A DNA stretch of 64,000 nt from Felis catus (taxonomy: Eukaryota), in NCBI RefSeq assembly GCF_018350175.1, contig NC_058368.1, forward strand, positions 228,906,001 through 228,970,000, given 5' to 3'. Each line of letters begins with the position of its first letter. Position 1 is the stretch's first letter. The translations under genes were made by a program, and so were the position numbers. Positions 1 through 11,135 of this stretch are shown here, in pieces. The notes beneath the pieces were generated by a model that searched no databases, was not told the DNA's origin, and saw nothing but the letters and a program-made list of their open reading frames with translations.

Positions 1-829
1 GAAATATTTGCTTTCCCTAGGCTATAAGCTGTAAGAAAACAGTAGAGCCTACATTCAAACAGAAATTGCTCTGTAAATTACTTGAATATTTTAACTTGAT
101 AGTATTCTCAGCGAAAGTCAAAATAGTTATTGTAGACTCAGCTTTGCTGATCAGAAAGACTTTAGAAAATGAAATATTAAAAAAATTTGTTCCATATAAT
201 AAAAATAATTAAGAAACATTTGCTTGTTGGAATGAACATAAGCCAGTATTTATCACCAGGTATGCTTTTGCAAAAAACAGTCTTCAGTATATTAAAGATA
301 AACTTCTATAAAACAGACATCATAGGGAAGAATGTAATGCTGAGAAGTATGGTTTTACTATGTGCCAAATAATAAATCCACCAGTTTCCATGCATATGTC
401 ATACAACAGAAACTAAAAAAAAATTTCAAATTCTGTCTTCTCTTACAAATACATGTAAATTGTATTTGTGGGTTTTATATACTATGAAACTGCCAAACAG
501 TTGATGGTGAGGATCAACTAGTCATGTCCTTGCTCAGGACAGAAGTCATGTATCAGAGGTAGTTTGCACATCCTGGAAGACGACAAAGTGTTTAGATCTG
601 TGTATCTTGGAACAAAGTATTAATACCAATAAATAGAAAAATAAATATCAACATAAGCCACCTTGTTTATATTACATAATATCAACAATATAATTGAGCT
701 TATATGTCATAGAGAGCATTATACAATTACTGTTGAAATTTGTAATATTATTAAGACATGATTTGTCTCCAGGTTAATAGACGTAAGGAATACTTACAGT
801 CATCATAATTCATAAATGGTTTTGTAAAA

Positions 830-990
830 GACCGAGGCTGAGACTTGACTGATGCTCATGTTCTAATCTTCGTCCCCTCTGGCTAGTCTCTTGTCATCTC
901 TGGTCCTCAGTTGCTGTAATATTATTGAATTGGCATAATTGATCTCACAGATCACTCCCTCTCTAATATTGTAGGATATTGTGATTCTAT
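830..990 (+). mobile_element. Degraded MIR/MIR3-like SINE
   Basis: ctctggtcctcagtt core-like motif and a 3' end resembling MIR3 (gatctcacagatcactccctctctaatatt...gtgattcta); highly diverged. Confidence 0.4.
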
Positions 991-2290
991 AGCAATATGA
1001 TGTATGGTGAATGTTACAAGGATAGTACTTAGCAGCTATGATAAGGGGTCTGGTATTTGACTATATTAGGGTATCCTAGCAAAAAAACTTTTCTCTGCTA
1101 AAATTACAGCTCCTAGTGTTTGCACATTATTGAAGTATGCATCCTTAAAAGAAAGTGCTACATTCAGAGGGGTGGGAGAGACAGTGAACATGGCCCATTT
1201 ACCACTACCGAAGTCAAAACAGAGGATTATGCTTTTAGTGTATTAATAAGATCTCAAAGTTTGCAAGTGAGAGGAAGGACACTGGAATAGCAGACAGGTT
1301 GACAATTTATTAGCCTTTTGGCATGGGTTCAGATAAATCAAAGCATACACTGTAGAGATGATAAATTTAAACAGTCTTTTAAATAAGTGATTTAATAATG
1401 ACAAATAAATTTATAATGATAAGACATTTGCTTTACATCCCTAATCATTTGAATTGTTCAAGTGGGAAACAAACCTCAGCCTGATGTAGGAGGGGAAATT
1501 AGGAAAAATTTCCTTTTTTTTTTTAAATGTACAAATAGAGTTTCTTCCAACCATTGGAAAAACTGCAAGGTGAAACTATAGAAACTGGGATTCTTCCAGC
1601 CCCTCAAAATAAACTGAGGTCCTGAAAATGTGAAACAAAATAGTAATTTTTATAACTTCAAGGGGTTTAGGTAGCTATATTCAGTAAAATTTCTAGTCAA
1701 AATTATATGAAAAACTAAAGAAATTTGTTTTAAAGTACTCAGAACAATATGTGAAATAATAATAATGCCAAGTCAAGAACCTTCAAATCTGAATATACAG
1801 GCATTCGTAAAAATCTTCAGTCTTGGATAGAGTCGTCTCTGCAACTTTGCAATAGCTAAAGCTTAGGCCGGCAATAAGAAAATTCTTCATCAAACAGGTG
1901 TTGCTTTCAGCATTAATCAATACATAGAATAGCAAGCATAGTGAGAAGGAAGGATTGATTAATAAGAGAAATGCAAGTTCCCAATGAGGAAAATGCTTTA
2001 GTCCAGGTCTTACTATGATTTCCTGACTGATACTAGCAAAATTTAATTTCAGTTTTAAAGAAGTCTTCAAAGATGTACATCTCTTAGAGTTTTAAAAATA
2101 AGCCAAATGATGTGGGGATGTATGAATATAGAGCTAATGTTTTTCCATGTGTCATATGGTCCATATTGCTTTATGTCAAGTTACTACATTCTTTGTTGAT
2201 TATAGCCCTGGTAGGCCATCTGTTAATATTAGATTATACAGCTTTTAATGTAGTAAAAAGTCATAATAATGTTTATTTCACCTAGGCACA

Positions 2291-3066
2291 TATTATTTTT
2301 GTTTTTATTGAAATACATTTGGCATATAACATTGTGCAAATTTAAGGTGTACAAGATGTTGATTTGATACATTTATATATTGTAAAATGACTGGTATTGT
2401 AGCAGTAGTTAGGAACTATCACATGTCACAAAATTATCATATTTTTGTGGTGCGGAATAGTTAAAATCTAGTCTTTTAGCAAGTCTGATAATTATAATAC
2501 AGTATTATAATATTATAATATACTGTATACTGTATCATATAATATTATAATAATACTGTATTCCTAAAATTTGTATGGAACCACAAAAGATTCCAAATAA
2601 CTCAAGCCATCCTGAAAAAGAACAAAACTGTAGGTATCACACCTCTGGATTTCAAACTATACTACAAAGCTGTAATAATTAAAATGTATGGTTTTGGCAT
2701 AAAAATAGGTAATAAACCAATGGAACAGAATAGAAAGTCCAGAATTAAACCCCCACAAATACAGTCAACTAATATTTACCAAGGGAGTTAAGAACATTCA
2801 ATGGAGAAAGAGTAGTCTTCCAACAAATGGTGTTGGGAAAACTGGATAAACAAAGCAGAAAAATGAAATTGGGCCCTATCATCTACCACTCATAAAAATT
2901 AACTCAAAGTGGATCAAAAACTTAAACAGAAGACCTGATTCTATAAAACTCCTGGAAAAGAATGTAGAGCAGAGTCTCCTTGACATTGGTCTTGGCAATG
3001 ATTTTTTAGATATGACACCAAAAGCACAGACAACAAAAGCAAAAATCTAGTGGGATTACACCAAAC
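2291..3066 (-). mobile_element. 5'-inverted L1 (L1MA/L1_Carn-like): minus-strand 3' end at 2291-2510 plus plus-strand ORF2 piece at 2563-3066
   Basis: T-rich tail then L1 3'UTR (aaatttaaggtgtacaagatgttgatttgatac) on minus; ORF2 motifs on plus (atggaaccacaaaaga, tttcaaactatactacaaagc, caacaaatggtgttgggaaaactgg); TSD tcacctaggcaca 2278-2290 / tcacccaggtaca 3067-3079. Confidence 0.85.
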
Positions 3067-3653
3067 TCACCCAGGTACACACTAAAATTTTCCAAGAGTC
3101 TATTGTTGACACCAAAACACTTTATTTAGGTTTGTAGAATCATAAACAATTATGGGATTGTTTTCAGATGAAAGTTACTCAACATTAATATTACTAAGTA
3201 TCCTGAGTATTTTACTTTGCAGTTCTGATTAGATTTGGCCACGACAGAACAACAAAGCGCCAACGCAAGAAACATACAGATAACATTGAAAAAAAAATAG
3301 ATGAAAATCTTTAAATATGTTGGTGTCTCTGGTTAATATTATTCCTCAAAATAAATGAACTAAAATTTCTATACTTGAAGAATTTGTTTCATAATGCATC
3401 ATGAAACTAAACAATGGTGAGCAGGTCAAGGGTAAGAGATGGGGCTTTCACTAGCAGAAAAATAAAATTATTTCTTACACTGAATAATTCATTATGTTTG
3501 TAGAGTGACATATTATATAGTAAACTATTAAGTATTGAGGTCAGAAACTTGTATTATTCAAATTAAGATTCAGTAATAAAATTACCCTTTCTTTAATAAG
3601 GGACATTATAAACAAAGGCTGTATTTCCCTTCAAAGGTATTTGTTTTGCTAGA

Positions 3654-3840
3654 GAGGCACTTGGGTGACTTAGTTGGTTAAGCAACCAACTCTTGATTTT
3701 GGCTTGTGTCATAATCTCATGGTCCATGAGTTCAACCCCTTGTGGAGCCTACTTGGGATTATCTTTCTCCCTCTATCTCTCTGCCCCTCTCCCCTCTCTC
3801 TCTCTCTCTCTCTCAAAAATAAATAAATAAACTAAAAAAA
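3654..3840 (+). mobile_element. CAN-SINE (older, internally deleted)
   Basis: tRNA-like head, (CT)n, aaaaataaataaa tail; degenerate TSD aaaggtatttgt / aaaggtgtttgt. Confidence 0.9.
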
Positions 3841-4189
3841 GGTGTTTGTGTAGCTAGAATATTCTATTGCTTTTGACATTGTATTTGAAAATACCTTTGC
3901 AAAGACCATCCTTTGCCATAGACACATTTGCCACAGACACCACATGTTTTTATTATTCAGGCCCTTCCTTACCTAATGTTATTTGCTTTATCCCACAAGC
4001 ATTTGATTTTATGACTTTAGGACCACTGGGTTGGATTTTACTTGAAAAAAGTAAAGCATACTATAACAGACTGATTGTGACTCAAATTATTATGTTTTTC
4101 TATATCATATCTTTGAAATATGACTTTGCTTACTTCTCATCAAACAGTGAAATCACTTTCCTGAAGGCTTTAACATGGGCTAAACTGGT

Positions 4190-4533
4190 GACGTATTTCT
4201 TCCAATAGAACATGACTATAGTGATGTTCTGCCATTCATGAGACTAGCCTTCATAATGAGGGAGACAGAGCTTGGAGGAGAATAAGAGAGCACTTGAAGA
4301 AGAGTTAAGTTTCTGGAGCTGAGGCTGTCTATTAGCCTCCAGCCAAACATGAGAGAGCACCTAACCACTGTCAGGTTACATGTTCATCCACAGCTGCATG
4401 CAGACACATGAGTGAGCCCAACTGAGAATTAAGATTTCCCGTTGATTCAGACTATTAAGCGTTAATGCATGCTTCTTGTTTACGCCATTAAGTTTTGGTA
4501 TACCAGTTCCCGGCAGCAATAACAACTACAACA
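4190..4533 (+). mobile_element. MLT1-family (MLT1G/H-like) MaLR LTR
   Basis: cagctgcatgcagacacatgagtgagccca and 3' end gccattaagttttgg...gcagcaataacaactacaaca typical of MLT1 LTRs. Confidence 0.65.
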
Positions 4534-5129
4534 AAAACTGCTTATGGGTACACAAACTTCACTGGTAATTTTCTGAAGGCCAATTGTACACAAAGCCATC
4601 AGAATGCAGCAAAACTAAATCATATTACCTGGTTAAAAATGGCAACATTCAATTTTTCAATCCTTGCTATTGGCTGGTAATTTTCTCAACCAGAACCATG
4701 CAAATAGGTAATTAAGCAAAATAGGTAATTAAGTAAAACCTTCCACTACCTTTTGTTGCCCAGAGGTCAAAGTTTATTAGTGTACCGTTTGAGGCTTTTC
4801 ACAAAGTATTCTGAACCAAGCTTAGAGATGTCACCTGCCATAAAACCGTAGGCATCCTCATCACAATATGTCAGTGCATAACTCTTGGATGCACTCTACT
4901 TGTTTTTCTTCATGACTTCACTCATGCTACCTGTCTTACTGATAGACTTTTCTACCTGAGGAAAGATGGGTTATCTCTATGACACAGCTAAAAATTCCTC
5001 TCTGCAGTAAGGCTATACTTGGTTCTGAAGACAATAGAATTGCCTCCTATCTTGTACTCTCAGAACCTGAGTCGTTTTGAACTGCTTCATGAACAGTCAT
5101 CATAACAAGGCACTCACTAATATAAAACT

Positions 5130-5671
5130 GGATTCTCTGCTTGTGGTCTCACATGGCTGATTCCAAGGTCAAGCCACTTCCATGCTCATTAAGGTTGTTG
5201 GTCAAATTCATTCCTTGTGGTTATAGGACAGAGGTCTCTCTTTCCTTGCTGGATGCCCAACAAGGACACTCATGTTTCCAGAGCTATGTGCCTTCCTCAT
5301 TACATGCTCTCCTCCACCTGCAAGCCAGGAATGTCACATCAAAGCCTTCTCACACTTCAAATCTCTCTGATTTTGCTCTCTGTCACCAGCCAGAGAATAA
5401 CTCTCTGCTTTCAAAGAGTTCATTGTCTTGGAGATTAGATAACCTCCATGTAAACCAGTAAACAACCACATAATCTCCCTTTTCATTACCCCCTTTTCAT
5501 TACTTCAAAATCAACGGATTGGTAACCTTAATTGCATCAGAAAAATCCCCTGCTGTGTAACACAATAGGATTACAATGTTCTATCTCCATCATATTTACA
5601 ACCTTAGAGATCAGTGTAGGAAATCTTAGGGGTGAGTGGGAGAGAGTTGGTGTTAGGATTCTGCCTAACAC
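5130..5671 (-). mobile_element. MLT1E-like MaLR LTR
   Basis: ctcattaaggttgttggtcaaattcattccttgtggttataggacagaggtc, ctctctgctttcaaagagttca, aaccttaattgcatc, end gattctgcctaacaca. Confidence 0.75.
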
Positions 5672-6029
5672 ATATGCCTTCTGTAAATTGGTCTGACACT
5701 ACATAGAGTGTTGTGGTAGAATCATTGTTTAAATATCTTTGTAGCTAGATCATTGGTTCCCTCAGCACAAATATTGTGTCTGCATTCATCAATTATTCCC
5801 AAAATCTAGTATGTTTGGTACCTAGCTCGGGTTAAGTATATAACAAATATCCATTAAAAACCAGGATTAATTATTGGTAAATAAAAGAATATGGAATCCC
5901 ATTCTTATGATGCAAAAGAAGAAAATAAGCACAGACCATCATGTCAGAAAAAAATATCAAATTGATTGACTCTTGGAAGTAGCTTTCTTATAAGCTACTT
6001 TATCACATTTACAAATCTCAATCTAAGTA

Positions 6030-6200
6030 AGTTATTCGAATATTTGAAAAGATATTTGAATATAAATATATATTTATAAATATACAGAAATAATATGTAT
6101 TATAATAATTATATATAATATATTATATAATTATATGCATATAATTACATATAAAACTATAAATAAAAGTATAAATTTATTATATTAAAAATATATAAAA
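6030..6200. repeat. AT-rich low-complexity tract
   Basis: Almost pure A/T with (TA)-rich motifs. Confidence 0.8.
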
Positions 6201-7176
6201 AGTTCCTTTGTTGAACTTTGGGTCCACAATATAAAGGATTTTTTTTACTTCCTTGTCGCAGAAATTAGAACATTGATTAATTATTATTACTTATTGTATA
6301 AGAAAATTAGCAAGTAAAATTATTCTAATCTAAATGTAAAATTAAACCCTTACTTACATGTTATGAGTCTGTAATAATAATTCTCTTATGGCTCTAAAAA
6401 TCCAATGGCAAAGGTAAAGGATGTTGTGATGTTTTAGTTTACAGATTTCTATTTTCCCTTTTCATAGAGCTATTTTATAAGTAATACATTTCTGTTTCCC
6501 TTTTATGAGATGACATGTTACAACAATTCTTGCCCTCTTGACAATGTGTAATACCATTTCTGCTTTTAGTTCCCTAAAGCAAAGCTATTATCCATGTAGG
6601 GAAAACAGCAAGTTAGCATTTTTGATGTAAATCTTTCAGTTGTTATGTATTGTATTTTACTTAAAGGCATTTTCTTCCTTAACATTTTATGCAATTACAG
6701 CTGGGATAAAAAAACATAACATTACCACAAGAAGTAAAATATTGTTCCTGTGGGTCTGCCTTGAGGTAGCAGGATGAACAATTTTCCTTCTGACATGGAT
6801 GTCAGTTAACATTAGCAAAATGACCTGAAGTGATGTATTTTGTTGTTTTATTAGAGTAATGCAAGACTAGCTAGACATTAAAAAGTATTCACAATCATCA
6901 CATCATCCTTGAAATACTCATTCTTCGATAGTTACATATTAATGTTGACAATGGCAAAAACTTTTCACAAATTTATGAGTCCTACATTGTTTTTTTTTTC
7001 TTCTCTTTTTGGATCCTTTCTACGCAATTAAATTAAAATATGTTTGACAAACATTTAATTAACATCAAGGATCCTATAATCTAGTTTCTAATAGAAATAA
7101 CATTCGTACACCTTAATAAGCAAATAGTAGTCTTTAGAGATTCTTATAACCACTATACTATTTGATGCTTATCTAT

Positions 7177-7400
7177 TCTTTTTTTATTAAAAAAAATAAC
7201 ATTTATTCATTTTTGAGAGACACAGAGAGACAGAGTATGAATGGGGGAAAGGCAGAGAAATAGGGAGACACCGAATCCCAAGCAGGATCCAGGTTCTGAG
7301 CTGTCAGCACAGAGCCCAACATAGGGCTCGAACTCACGAACCATGGGATCATGACTGAGCTGAAGTCAGATGCTTAACTGAATAAGCCACCCAGGTGTCC
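7177..7400 (-). mobile_element. CAN-SINE (SINEC_Fc-like)
   Basis: Reverse-complement SINE ending gccacccaggtgtcc; TSD tgatgcttatcta / tgatccttatcta. Confidence 0.95.
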
Positions 7401-8069
7401 TGATCCTTATCTAGCCTATAGTGTATAATGTACTGGCAATTCACACATTTATATCTTTAGGTTTAACCTTCAGCCTTCCATTTCTTTTATCTAAGGCATT
7501 TGTCCAATAAATGAAAGATACTGACTATGTATTTTGATGCCATGGGTGTAGCTGTAAGATGTTAAAGTGATGTTTCAGCTACAAGGAAATGAATGAGAAA
7601 TTACTTTTCTCTCCATCTCAAGTATATAAGTTAGAACTTTATAAACCCAATATTATAAAATTTTTTTTAAAAGTAACATGACTAGGGGCAAAGATAAAGC
7701 TATAAGCATCTAAGTGCTTCAGTAAAGAGTCTGGTTAGATAGTTTTCTCCTACACATAGAAGAACTATTTACCCCTTGTTAACAACAAATGTTGTTTTAA
7801 CAGTGATAAAAATAAAAGTAGCATATGTTAATTATTATGACTGTAAAAAATATAAAGTCATAAGGAAAGGGATGTCAATTATCCCTCATTACTCACTTTG
7901 AGAAAAACTGTTATCAAAAATCTTATAAAGTTCCACATTTGAGGAAGTCATGGAGAAGTCTGTGGAATCTCACAGATTAGGGAATAAAATGGAAATTTAT
8001 GTAAACTAATTATTAGAAATGAGTGGTCCTCAACTAACATATAGCGGATTGTTTTTTAAAATTATGCAC

Positions 8070-8330
8070 TCGTTTGTTTATTCAGAAATCCATACGTGGA
8101 CTTAATATAGTGCAAACACTGTTCCAGTACTTAGAACACCTATGAGCCAGATAGACAAATGTCCCGAATGTCCTGGAGTTTATATTCTGGTGGGGAAAGC
8201 AGGGAGTGAACAATAAGTATCATAAATTGTAAGTTGTAAGTATTGAATAACACGACAGGACTTCATTGAAAATCTGAAGGAGGCAAGGGTTAACCAAGCA
8301 GGTGCCAGAAAGAAAAACTAGAACAAGAGT
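8070..8330 (-). mobile_element. L2 3' end fragment
   Basis: gtttgtttattcagaaat...cactgttccagtact...cctggagtttatattctggtgggga matches the antisense L2a 3' end. Confidence 0.6.
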
Positions 8331-8335
8331 TGTCG

Positions 8336-8483
8336 GGAGGCTCCTGGGTGGCTTCCGCTTAAGCATCTGACTTTGACTCCGGTCATGATCTCACAGTGTG
8401 TGGGTTCGCGTCCCACATCGAGCACTCTGCTGTCTACACACAGTCCACTTCAGATCCTCTGTGACCCCCCCCCCCTCTACTTG

Positions 8484-8515
<32 letters not shown>

Positions 8516-8529
8516 ATAAATAAATAAAC
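8336..8529 (+). mobile_element. CAN-SINE
   Basis: ggaggctcctgggtggct head, (CT)n, aaaataaataaataaa tail. Confidence 0.9.
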
Positions 8530-8974
8530 TTACAAAGCATTGTCAGGCAGTGTGGGGCCTGGCTGAGCTTAAAGAGAAGAAAGGAGATGATATAAAAATT
8601 ATAATAAAGCAGAGACTGTCCAAGTAAGGCATTAAGATGATCTATTAAATAGCACGTTTGTTTGATTCTGTCAGAGGAGCGTGTGTGTGTTTTCCCTCAC
8701 ACGCAGAGAAAAAGCATAGAAGAAAATAAGAATGGTAAAAAAGGAGTAAACATGTAGAAGCGGCATTGAGATTTCATAGAAGTATTTCACCACCTTACAT
8801 GTTTTAATTACTAAAGGAGTACAAATGTAGAAAGGTAACAACTATATTCAAGTAAAATATAAAGAAAGAAAGAAAAGCACATTAGACAACACAGTGTGAA
8901 AAATGTTGATTTACAAAGCAGAATACCTTTATAATGTAAACAAAGCTGAAGCGGTGTTATAAGAACACAATTTT

Positions 8975-9290
8975 ATCATTATTATTGAATTATAGTTGAC
9001 ACACAATGTTAGATTAGTTTCAGGTGCACATCATAGTGATTTGCAGTTATGCTGGGCTCACAAGTATACCTGCCATCTGTCACCATCTAACACTGTTACA
9101 ATACCATTGGCTGTATTCCCTGTGCTGTAGCTTTTATTCCTGGGACATATTCATTTCATAACTGGGACCTGTGTCTCTCTTCCTCTTCATCCAGTTTGCT
9201 ACCCCATCCCACCCTGCGCCATCAGTTTGTTCTCTGTATTTATGGGTCTGCTTCCACTTTTTGTTTGTTTATTTATTCATTTCTTTTGAA
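8975..9290 (-). mobile_element. Carnivore L1 3' end fragment
   Basis: tatagttgacacacaatgttagattagtttcaggtg, ccatctgtcaccat, catcagtttgttctctgtatttatg typical of the antisense L1_Carn 3'UTR. Confidence 0.8.
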
Positions 9291-9306
9291 GAGCAGAAAA
9301 TATTTT

Positions 9307-9504
9307 GAAAAGAAAAAAAGAAAGAAAGATGGAGGGGGAAGAAGGAAATAAGACAGAGAGAGAGAGAAAGGAAAGGGAAAGAGGAAGAAGGAAGGAAGGA
9401 AGGAAGGAAGGAAGGAAGGAAGGAAGGAAAGGAAGGAGGGAAGGAAGGAAGGAAGGAATGAAAGGAAGGGAGGGAGAAAAAGGAAAGGACAGATAGAAGG
9501 AAGG
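9307..9504. repeat. Polypurine (GGAA)n/(GA)n simple repeat
   Basis: About 200 nt nearly all purine with tandem GGAA. Confidence 0.95.
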
Positions 9505-10227
9505 TAAAATGTAAAAACCTCAGCCAGTCTTCCTGGACAGACTGGAATGCACCTCACAGCCTACGTCATCATGGCGGATAGTGACATGTGGCCCCAGACC
9601 TCTCACTTTCTTTTCAGGTATGGAGGCTGGTTTATCTGACAAGGTCTCCACTCTATATTCCTAGCACAGAAGGTCACACTCTTGTCAGAGAGAGAGAGGC
9701 TTCCATTTTAGAAAATTAACTTAAGAATCTTATTGCCTCAGAGTATTGGAAATCCCCAGTCTTTCTATCTTAAACAACAAGAAAAGGAAGTACACAAAAA
9801 CCTTCCCTCATGGGATAAGAAGTCCATCTTCTTTTCTCCATAGTATTACAACTTGAGCAGAAGCATATTCTGTAGGTTTTCTTCTTTTTTTTTTTAACCT
9901 TCAATTATGATTTTAGGAGAAATCCTTTTAGCTGGGTTTAAGTCTTGATTTATACTTCTAATTATATATGGCTTCCTGAAATAGTCTCATTAAACACTGA
10001 GTCCATAAGCTTATCTTTATGAAGTATTTCAAACTGTAGCTGAGCCTTTTAACCCTCAAGGAAATAGATGAAAGAGGGGAGGATTTTTTCAGGAATATTT
10101 GAAATATATTCATAATGCATATCATCAGTCTTTAGCTTTCTATATCAAGCAGTAATGCTTTAAAACCTACTAGTTTCTAGATTTTATTTTATTTTCTTCT
10201 GATGAAAGTTTTCTAATTCAAAAAAAA

Positions 10228-10424
10228 TTTAAGTGTATTTATTTAATTTGAGAGAGATTGTGTGGGCGGGATAGGGGCAGAGAGAGAGGGGCGAGAGAAT
10301 CTCAAGCAGGCTCCGCACTGCCAGCACAGAGCCCAATGTGGGACTCAAACTCATGAACCGTGAGATCATGACCGAAGCCAAAATCAAGTCAGGTGCATAA
10401 CTGACTGAGCCACCCAGACGCCCC
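10228..10424 (-). mobile_element. CAN-SINE
   Basis: Reverse-complement SINE ending gccacccagacgcccc. Confidence 0.95.
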
Positions 10425-10494
10425 TATATTTCAGATAATCACTTAATTATTCACAACTTTTAGTTTCGGTGTCAATGAAAATCACCTATCCTGC

Positions 10495-11135
10495 CATATT
10501 AGTTTCTTAGGGCTTCCATAAAGTATTATACATTGGTTTGCTTAAGACAACACTTATTTTCTAATAGTTCTGGAGACCAGAAGTTCAAAATCAAGATGTT
10601 GGCATGACCATCTTTTCTTCTTCCATAGAAGAATCCTTTTTTGGGGTGCCTGGGTGGCTCAGTCGGTTGAGCTTCTGACTTTGGCTCAGGTCATAATCCC
10701 CCTGCTCCTGAGTTTGAGCCCCACATTGGGCTCTGTGCTGACGGCTCAGAGCCTGCAGCCTGCTTCACATTCTGTAGCCTCCCTCTTTCTGCCCCTCCCC
10801 TGCTCATACTCTCTCTCTCTCTCAAAAATAAATAAAATATTAAAAAAAAAGAATCCTTCTTCCTTCTCTCATTCTACTAGTTGGTGATTATTGACAATCC
10901 TTGACTTTCCCTGGCTTGCAGCTGAATTAACTAATCTGTGCCTCCATGACCTTCTTCCTTCTATGTCTCTGTGACCATGTGTCCTTTTGTCTTCTAATAA
11001 GGATACCAATCATTGAATTTAGGACCCCTAATACAATGAGACCACATCTTAACTAATTGTATCTGTAAGGATGCTTTTTCCAAATAAGGTCGTGTTCTGA
11101 GGTTCTGGGTGGAGGGGGGAATTATACAACATAGT
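10495..11135 (-). mobile_element. MLT1B/C-like MaLR LTR interrupted by a SINE
   Basis: tattagtttcttagggc...gttctggagaccagaagttcaaaatcaagatgttggca; resumes after the SINE with aaggataccaatcattgaatttagg, tttccaaataaggtc. Confidence 0.8.
10643..10850 (+). mobile_element. CAN-SINE nested in MLT1 LTR
   Basis: ggggtgcctgggtggctcagtcgg head; TSD aagaatcctt on both sides. Confidence 0.95.

Noticed and set aside
4702..4733. Duplication of aaataggtaattaag
   Set aside because: Ordinary short slippage duplication; similar ones occur near 5478 and 25152
9273..9557. ORFs rich in K/E/G/R or F/L/P/S
   Set aside because: Translations of the GGAA repeat
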